DNA of 16,635 nt. It comes from Ginkgo biloba. Its lineage: Eukaryota; Plantae; Ginkgophyta. A program made the translations under genes and the position numbers. Below, one piece after another: positions 9,913-16,635 of this stretch. The DNA lies in NCBI GenBank assembly GCA_024626585.2, contig JANKJI020000002.1, positions 139,134,434 to 139,151,068 on the forward strand, read 5' to 3'. Within the stretch, counting starts at the first letter, position 1. Every line of letters starts with the position of its first letter. The notes beneath the pieces are model-generated. The model saw only the letters and a list, made by a program, of their open reading frames with translations. It was not told the DNA's origin and searched no databases.

Positions 9913-10251
9913 TCATGGTGATGACTTTTTGACAACATCTAGAAGGGCCAGTGAGAGTTCCATCTCCAACTGAGACCACTCCTTGGTGATCTGTGTAATT
10001 GACTGTAGATGTATTTTTTTGATGCTGGTGATGGACTCATCTTGCTCAGGTTTGACAACCTCCTCTTGAATTTGACGAAGGTTGTCCTTATAGATCTTCG
10101 CCTGGGCTGTCACCTGCTATTCAACAGACTCGACCACATGTTGAATATCTTCGTCGCCCACCTTCTTGCATCGCTCGAAATCCTGTTGATGACGATCCCC
10201 CGTGAATTGACCGTCAAATTGTCGCCGCTGCCAAGCTCGACCCTAATCTCG
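9913..10251 (-). pseudogene. Remnant of a charged, helical ORF upstream of a possible PPT/LTR start (~9836)
   Basis: One frame reads GDRHQQDFERCKKVGDEDIQHVVESVE*QVTAQAKIYKDNLRQIQEEVVKPEQDESITSIKKIHLQSITQITKEWSQLEMELSLALLDVVKKSSP. Downstream on the minus strand, GGGAG-TATTAG (9841-9831) may be a decayed PPT+TGTTAG. Confidence 0.35.
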
Positions 10252-11114
10252 NNNNNNNNNNNNNNNNNNNNNNNNNNNNTCCCCAACACACTCTCTAGCT
10301 CCATCAATAGTTGAATTTGGTCCATCCCTAGAAGAATGGACTCATCTATCCAGATTTGATTATTATGGTGCCGCACCACCAAAAATCTCGTGAACTTCGA
10401 CTGCACCCAAAAACAGGGTTTTTTTGCGATTTGTAGAATTCTCGACTTGTGCAACTTTTGTGCTTTCGACATGAGCCGTGGTTCAACCTCAAGTGGATTA
10501 AATATACTTTTTGGCCATGCCCCATATACCTATTCTCATAATTATTGAAGTGCCACCCTATCCCACTCCTTGGATTCAAACCTGGTCTAAAGAAGGATTT
10601 CTCTATGTTCATCCCCGACTTCAAAATATTTTATGTTTTATGATTGGATACATCTCTATATATTTCTTTTCCATCATCCGTTCTTCCACCTATGACCTAT
10701 GCCTTAGCGTTCTTTGAATCCTCTATCTCTTTCATATTGGTGTATTTTAAATCTCTAGTGCTATCGCCTCTGGACTTCTCTCACTCGTTTCTCCTTCTAT
10801 CTCTTGGAATAATAAGCTTGCCTTTTGAATCACTTTCTCAAATGATTTATCCACCTCATCATCGATATACATGTCATCCAAATTTAATTTATCATTTGTG
10901 AAGCTTAGGGTAGGTGAGGCACATGCTTGGGCATTTATTATATCTTTTATCTTACGCTNNNNNNNNNNNNNNNNNNNNNNNNNNNNNNNNNNNNNNNNNN
11001 NNNNNNNNNNNNNNNNNNNNNNNNNNNNNNNNNNNNNNNNNNNNNNNNNNNNNNNNNNTAGCTAATATGTGATATCTCACATTTAGTATCAAATCAATTA
11101 TGTTACCTCACATT

Positions 11115-11126
11115 TGGTATCAGAGC
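11115..11126 (+). promoter_or_regulatory. Primer-binding site complementary to tRNA-iMet
   Basis: Perfect TGGTATCAGAGC, 2 nt after a terminal CA. Confidence 0.92.
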
Positions 11127-12147
11127 AGGTTAATCCTACATCTGACGAATAGAGTTAAACCCTTGCTGAAAAACAAATGGGATTTGTATGGGAACACAGT
11201 TCAAGTAGAAAGATTCTGCAACTGAAAGATCGAGGAGAAACCCTGAAGAAATTCAAATTTGCATCTGAGAGCAATTAAAAAAAACGAAAAACAAACCCTC
11301 GTTTTACTGTAAGTAAAACCTAGAATGAGTTTGTTGGAGCTAAGAGACGTAGTTGAGAGAACAATCTAGGGCAAACTATGTCAAGATAAAACGCGAGTTA
11401 TAGAGACCGTTCATTGGAAGAAAAATCTAAACCCTCATTTGGGCGAATGCAACAGAGTTGGAGATTTATGTTTTTTAAAGAATAAGACGCAATAGTTGTG
11501 ACAGACATTCACAGAATGTAGTTAAATTTTTTGGCTCACCGTGGAACAAAGGAGGACATGAGAACTTCTTGTGGTTTGTAGCAGATCCATGTGTGGGAGC
11601 CTCTCACCGTAGTAGTGAAGAAAACACGTCGCACAAAGGAGGAGAGTCATGCGGCACGCAAGCTTGGACGGGAGAGTGAAAATATCCTCTCAAAAAGATT
11701 AGCACGCTTGTGAAGAATAGAAAATTTGCATGCGGGAAGGGAGAATCATCCACCAAGACAGAGATTCAATAAAAAATATTCAAAAATTCTATCAAAATTG
11801 CAGAATCAGGTCGCCGCCCGTTTTTCCAAAAAAAATTCAAAAAAACTCTTAAATATTAACTTTAGATCTAAAAAAAATTATAGTAGAATATTTCAAGGAA
11901 TATTCTTTTTTAAATTGAGACCTTTTCTAAAGTTCTTTTTTAAAGTTGTGTTTTATCATAAAAAGGGTTTTTCAGGCCCTAAACAAATTTCAAAAAATTA
12001 TCAAAAATTCTTAAAATATTCAAAGAATTATTCTGAAGGCTTTTTATACCCTTTTGTATTCCAAAAAGCAAATAACATAAATAAAAAAGCGTGTTTTTTG
12101 CTTTTTTGTACCCATTTGGTGAACTGTTCTTGGTTTTTTTGTTCATC

Positions 12148-12220
12148 ATGGCTACAAATTTGTTGAATGCTATTACAGAGAAATTTATTGGAAATGAAAA
12201 TTTTAGCACTTGGAAGCACC
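12148..12220 (+). CDS. gag: Ty1/copia Gag N-terminus (partial, truncated by gap)
   Basis: MATNLLNAITEKFIGNENFSTWKH matches the copia gag N-terminal pattern EKF.G.NF..WK. Confidence 0.7.
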
Positions 12221-12320
12221 NNNNNNNNNNNNNNNNNNNNNNNNNNNNNNNNNNNNNNNNNNNNNNNNNNNNNNNNNNNNNNNNNNNNNNNNNNNNNNNN
12301 NNNNNNNNNNNNNNNNNNNN

Positions 12321-12860
12321 TATTGCAGGGGCATTAGTGAGGTTGAAAGGCATTACGCAATACACATATGTTCCCCATTCAGTAGAAAACGTTGTCCTAA
12401 GGGGTCCTTAGGCAATATGCTCACTTGGTTGTAGTCACTAAATTCATCAATCAAAGAGAACACTTCGTGCCCGATTACCTACTCGATTACATCCTCTGTG
12501 AAGAGAAGCGAAAAGGGATCCTTTTTGTTACTTTATTGAATTCTTTGTAGTCTACATATACTCGTATTTTGTCATTCTTCTATTTCACGATTATGATGGG
12601 ACTTACCCATTCACTATTATCGACTTCATAGATATAACCTACTTCTAGCATTTTTTCAATCTTTTCCTTAACTTGTTCCTTATAAGTTGGGTTCATTATG
12701 TACGATCATTGTCATTTGGGCTTTGCTTCTTCCACCAAATTGATATGATGTTGTCCTAGTTTTGGAGGAATACCTTTAAGGTCTTTGTAGGACCAAGCAA
12801 ACACATCCGCGTATTCTTGAAACAAGCTCATTTCTTGGGTAGCTATAAGTGTGTCCCAAT
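12321..12860 (-). pseudogene. pol: Ty3/gypsy reverse transcriptase N-terminal half (non-chromovirus, Athila/Tat-like), degenerate
   Basis: LFQEYADVFAWSYKDLKGIPPKLGQHHINL...MNPTYKEQVKEKIEKMLEVGYIYEVDNSEWVSPIIIVK*KNDKIRVYVDYKEFNKVT / KDPFSLLFTEDVIE*VIGHEVFSLIDEFSDYNQV / RTTFSTEWGTYVYCVMPFNLTNAPA. Contains stops and two frameshifts. Confidence 0.95.
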
Positions 12861-14965
12861 AGTCCCCCGTTATTATGTGGCATCATTCACTTGTTCCAAT
12901 GTTGATCTTTTGAGTTTTCAAATCTTGAAAAATGTGCAGCCTTCTTGTCAAGTGTCAATGAATGTGATGGCATTTCATCAATTTGTCTTTCCCCATATTG
13001 AATTTGTAAGAAACTTTTTGGATATTGGGAGGCTACATTTGGAATAGGAATGACATCATTTGGTGGAATTCCTGGTTCCCGTCTTTACCCATCTTCAAAT
13101 GGTGGGTTGCTTATTGAACACATGCTATAGCATTAGAAGTCTTGGATTTTACGAGCAATGGTAAGTGTTGCTTTGGGATACTTTGTATTACAATGTTTTA
13201 AGTAATTGTTCTTTAACTCTGACCACATTGCTTTCCTCAATGTCTCTTGTCATTAGAACCATAGTTGAGGGGTTGGGGTAAAAGAGTGTATCCATTAGTG
13301 GGTCCATTCCCATCGAGGTACATTCTTCTTCTGCCATACTACTTTACATTTTTGTATGTGCTTCTCGGTTGGTTCCTTGGAATCATAGACTAACAATTGA
13401 GGTGATTGATTTTTTCCAAACCAGATTTCGAAAGTATCATAGTCGTGGTCAATCGCAAAATACTTCTTGATGTGCAAGGAACTAACTAAAAGCATTCCTA
13501 TAACACTCTCGCCTCTTATACTTGCATGCTAACAATATTAAANNNNNNNNNNNNNNNNNNNNNNNNNNNNNNNNNNNNNNNNNNNNNNNNNNNNNNNNNN
13601 NNNNNNNNNNNNNNNNNNNNNNNNNNNNNNNNNNNNNNNNNNAAAAATTACCCCAATGAACATGCTCCAGCATCACCGCAACAGTGCAACACTGGAACTG
13701 CCTTCAGAAAAGGAAAACCTAACTCCATTGCAGCAGCTTCACTGACCTCTCCTGTTGCCAAGATTTGTATAAGCCAGTCTTTCTTAATACAATGTCCAAA
13801 CATTCAATTACAACAAAATTATGCCCAAGAATGGGTAAAACAAGCCTGAAGACCATACCTAATTATTAAGGAAGATACTAAGATTGACAGCAATGAAAGA
13901 GCAATGGTAGTAAGGACAAGCACCACTTTTGACTCACCACAAATGAGTGATAAAAAATGTTATAGAAGGAGAGGAAAATTCCTCATCCTTGAGCGTGTTA
14001 TCATAAACAGAGTATTGTGATGAACAATCTTTCCAGTGCTGATTTTAAAGATATTAAAGGATCCAAACATGGTGATCTGCCAGGNNNNNNNNNNGTGAAA
14101 CAACAATAAGAAGTAATGTCTTTGAAGGGTTCTTAGCACTATTTTCTAAATTGTTTTTACTCAATTAATAAAGAGAAAACACACATTTTTAGTGTGATTT
14201 TAGAAGCACAATGTGCAAAAAGATGACGAGGCAGAATTTTAGTCAAAGTCCAGACCTTAACAAGGCGGAAATTCAGTCATACTAGTAAACCTGCAACCAA
14301 TCTTTCCATACCTGATAAATCACTCTTCGTACAAGCTCAGGAAAGCACCAAGAAGAGACAGTGCAACAAGAAGTATCTGTAGGACAGCATGAGGAGAGAA
14401 CAAAGCCCAACAAGGGGTATTTAGACCAATCTTGGTAGTAACACTAAAGAGACAAGAAACCAAACAGCCAAAGGAAAAGGCAACCACTCCACATGGAAAC
14501 AAGATCTTGTTTTTAGCTGCACCAGTTGCAGTTGTGGCAGCAGAGTTAGTGGTTGTTTGCCCACTGCACCACAGGAGTTGCAACACTTTCTTACAGTTAC
14601 AAGGAACATATCTTCCTAAGCTTGCAACGGGTAAATTTCAACGACAGTGTGGCAGATTATCCAATGACTCCCATCAAAACTCGGGAAGAAAATGTTGCAA
14701 CCATTTGAAAAGATTGGCAGCAATTTCAACCCAGCCACTCATTGAAATTAGCCACCCAACAGTTGGATTTACCAACATATATTGAAATTGGTCCAATTTT
14801 CTATCACCCAATGCTGCTCATCTCAATTGTAGGTATGGTCGTGTTAACCCCAAATTGCACAGAGCNNNNNNNNNNNNNNNNNNNNNNNNNNNNNNNNNNN
14901 NNNNNNNNNNNNNNNNNNNNNNNNNNNNNNNNNNNNNNNNNNNNNNNNNNNNNNNNNNNNNNNNN

Positions 14966-16150
14966 CATCGATAGCTATGCAAGATTCGTCGGTGTGCATG
15001 TGGAAGATAACATCCTAGTTTGGATGCCTTAGCACAGGTGCATTCACCAACTTATCTTTAAGCATGTCTGTTGCTCGCTGACATATTGGTGTCCATTTGA
15101 ATTTTTTGTCGTTCGCCAACAATGTCTCTATCAGTGCGGCAATGTCAGAGTACTTCCTATTGAATTTTCTATAATATCCAGTGTGTCCTAGGTATACTCA
15201 CTCCTTTCTAATCCTTTGATGGTCTGAGATTGCTAATGATCTTGACCTTAGCCATATCCACCATAATTCCATCTTTACAAACAATATAGCCTAACAATAC
15301 TCCACATGGAGTAAAGAAAATACTCTTCTTTAGATTTAAGGACAGTTTGACCTGTCGACATTTTTCCATCATCATTCTTAATTGTTTGATATGATCTCTA
15401 ACGAGACCATAGACTGTCCAATCATCAAAGTACGCTTCAAAGAACTTATGGATAAATTCCTAAAAGGATTTAACAACAATCCTTGAGAAGACCACAGTTG
15501 CATTCTTCAATCCAAAAGGCATCACTATGTATGCAAGAGACTCCCATCCCGAAATGAATGCAGTCTTGTGTTGGTCTTCTACTGCTATTTTAACTTCGTT
15601 ATATCCTAAGAACTCATCCATAAATGAAAAGATCTCACTCCCCGAGATGTTTGGAAGGATTTCTTCAGCATAAGGTGTAGGGAATGGATCTCTCATTATC
15701 GCTTTGTTGAGTTCTCTGTAATCTATGCAAACCCTGATTTCGTTTTTTTGATTCTTGGGTTGTATAANNNNNNNNNNNNNNNNNNNNNNNNNNNNNNNNN
15801 NNNNNNNNNNNNNNNNNNNNNNNNNNNNNNNNNNNNNNNNNNNNNNNNNNNNNNNNNNNNNNNNNNNNNNNNNNNNNNNNNNNTATGGTCTCTTCTACAC
15901 CGATTTTGCGTCTGGATTCAAGGTGATCTTCATTAATCCAAGTTCTTCGATGATACCTTTCATGTCCTTGAAGTCCTTTGCAAAGACATCTTGATATTCA
16001 TGTGACAGCGCAGAGATTTCTGACAACTAAGTAGGATTCCAATAATCCCCTACATTTACCATCTTTGGGTTGCCCTCAGTTCTGATGTTGACTTGCTTGA
16101 TCTTAATTTCCATGTTGAAATAAGATTGTTCTTTCTTTGTGGGTTTTTTG
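14966..16150 (-). pseudogene. pol: Ty3/gypsy pol: reverse transcriptase through the start of RNase H, degenerate (spans the 116-N gap)
   Basis: EYQDVFAKDFKDMKGI...KRPY-[gap]-IQPKNQKNEIRVCIDYRELNKAIMRDPFPTPYAEEIL...MDEFLGY...MPFGLKNATVVFSR...AYFDDWTVY (YxDD catalytic motif)...LGHTGYYRKF...FKWTPICQ...LKDKLVNAPVLRHPN*DVIFHMHTDES. Confidence 0.96.
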
Positions 16151-16635
16151 TCCAGTTGTCGGTCTTCTTATGTCTATGTTAAGATTTTCTAAGGTATGAA
16201 TGGTCCTTCTTCCATGGAGGTCATCAGTGGATTGTTGTTTCTTAGTATAGCTCGTACTAAATCTCCTCCAGGATGTAGGATTAATCTCTTTCCTTCGGAT
16301 TCTTCCTGAGGTATGTCGATTCTAAAACAAAGCTTAATATGAGGATCACTTTGTTCTTTTTGAACCGACAAGACCTCCTTGTTGCCAATTGTCGTCTTCC
16401 TTTGATCGTTGTTGTCAGTCCTTTCTTCAATGTTAGCAATCTATTGCTAAATACATGACAATGTTGTCTATATTCCTAGTTCTTCACTTTCGGTCTAAAA
16501 TCTTTGATGAAATTTTCTTTTAGGGTTTTGTTATCACCTATGACTACAATCAAAATAGTAACTAGTTCTTCAACTGATAACTTGTAAGCACGACGGCCCT
16601 GTCACAGCCAAGGTGCTTCTCTATTCGCGCTGGTC

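Larger units (their letters stand above)
11059..12220 (+). mobile_element. 5' part of a Ty1/copia element: LTR end (CA at 11111-11112), PBS, ~1 kb leader, gag start
   Basis: ...CCTCACA-TT-TGGTATCAGAGC is followed 1021 nt later by a copia gag-like ATG, all within one ungapped block. Confidence 0.75.
1317..15883. other. Fifteen assembly gaps: nine of exactly 100 N and six of other sizes (39, 21, 102, 28, 10, 116 N)
   Basis: N runs at 1317-1355, 1732-1831, 3185-3284, 4986-5006, 5217-5316, 7826-7925, 8134-8235, 9433-9532, 10252-10279, 10959-11058, 12221-12320, 13543-13642, 14085-14094, 14866-14965, 15768-15883. Confidence 0.97.

Noticed and set aside
10346-10624. 92-aa minus ORF with a Gly-rich, G-patch-like stretch
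   Set aside because: The motif match is too weak and there is no flanking pol homology that I can recognise.
11726-12166. 146-aa K/F-rich ORF
   Set aside because: Low-complexity translation of A/T tracts in the copia leader, with no domain motif.
12091-12411. Single ORF crossing the 12221-12320 gap
   Set aside because: It artificially joins copia gag (+) to the antisense of a gypsy RT across a 100-N spacer. The same applies to the other X-containing ORFs.
12321-16150. The two gypsy RT regions as parts of one element
   Set aside because: They cover the same RT domains with clearly different sequences and lie in separate gap-delimited blocks.

Overview
AT-rich eukaryotic, plant-type repetitive DNA made almost entirely of decayed LTR-retrotransposon pieces. 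A large-genome seed plant, possibly a gymnosperm, is my inference and cannot be proved from this window. Nine spacers of exactly 100 N (starting at 1732, 3185, 5217, 7826, 9433, 10959, 12221, 13543, 14866) split the window into ~1.2-2.5 kb blocks with unrelated content, so it looks like a concatenation of small scaffolds and adjacency across those gaps is not trustworthy. Recognisable coding remnants are two Ty3/gypsy RT(-RNaseH) pseudogenes, a chromovirus integrase-chromodomain end with PPT and 3' LTR, a Ty1/copia RT fragment and a copia gag N-terminus. Also present are two tRNA-iMet primer-binding sites, several LTR pieces with TATA boxes and three tandem repeats (~21, 20 and ~200-215 bp). 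I found no intact host gene, RNA gene or CRISPR-Cas locus. The most unusual observations are (i) a ~64-bp-period array of four 8-bp-stem/6-nt-loop hairpins whose last unit is the PBS, echoed by a duplicated LTR-end/PBS in a second element, and (ii) a fossil Q/E/R-rich coiled-coil extra ORF just upstream of a PPT/3' LTR, whose stops are almost all TAG/TGA.
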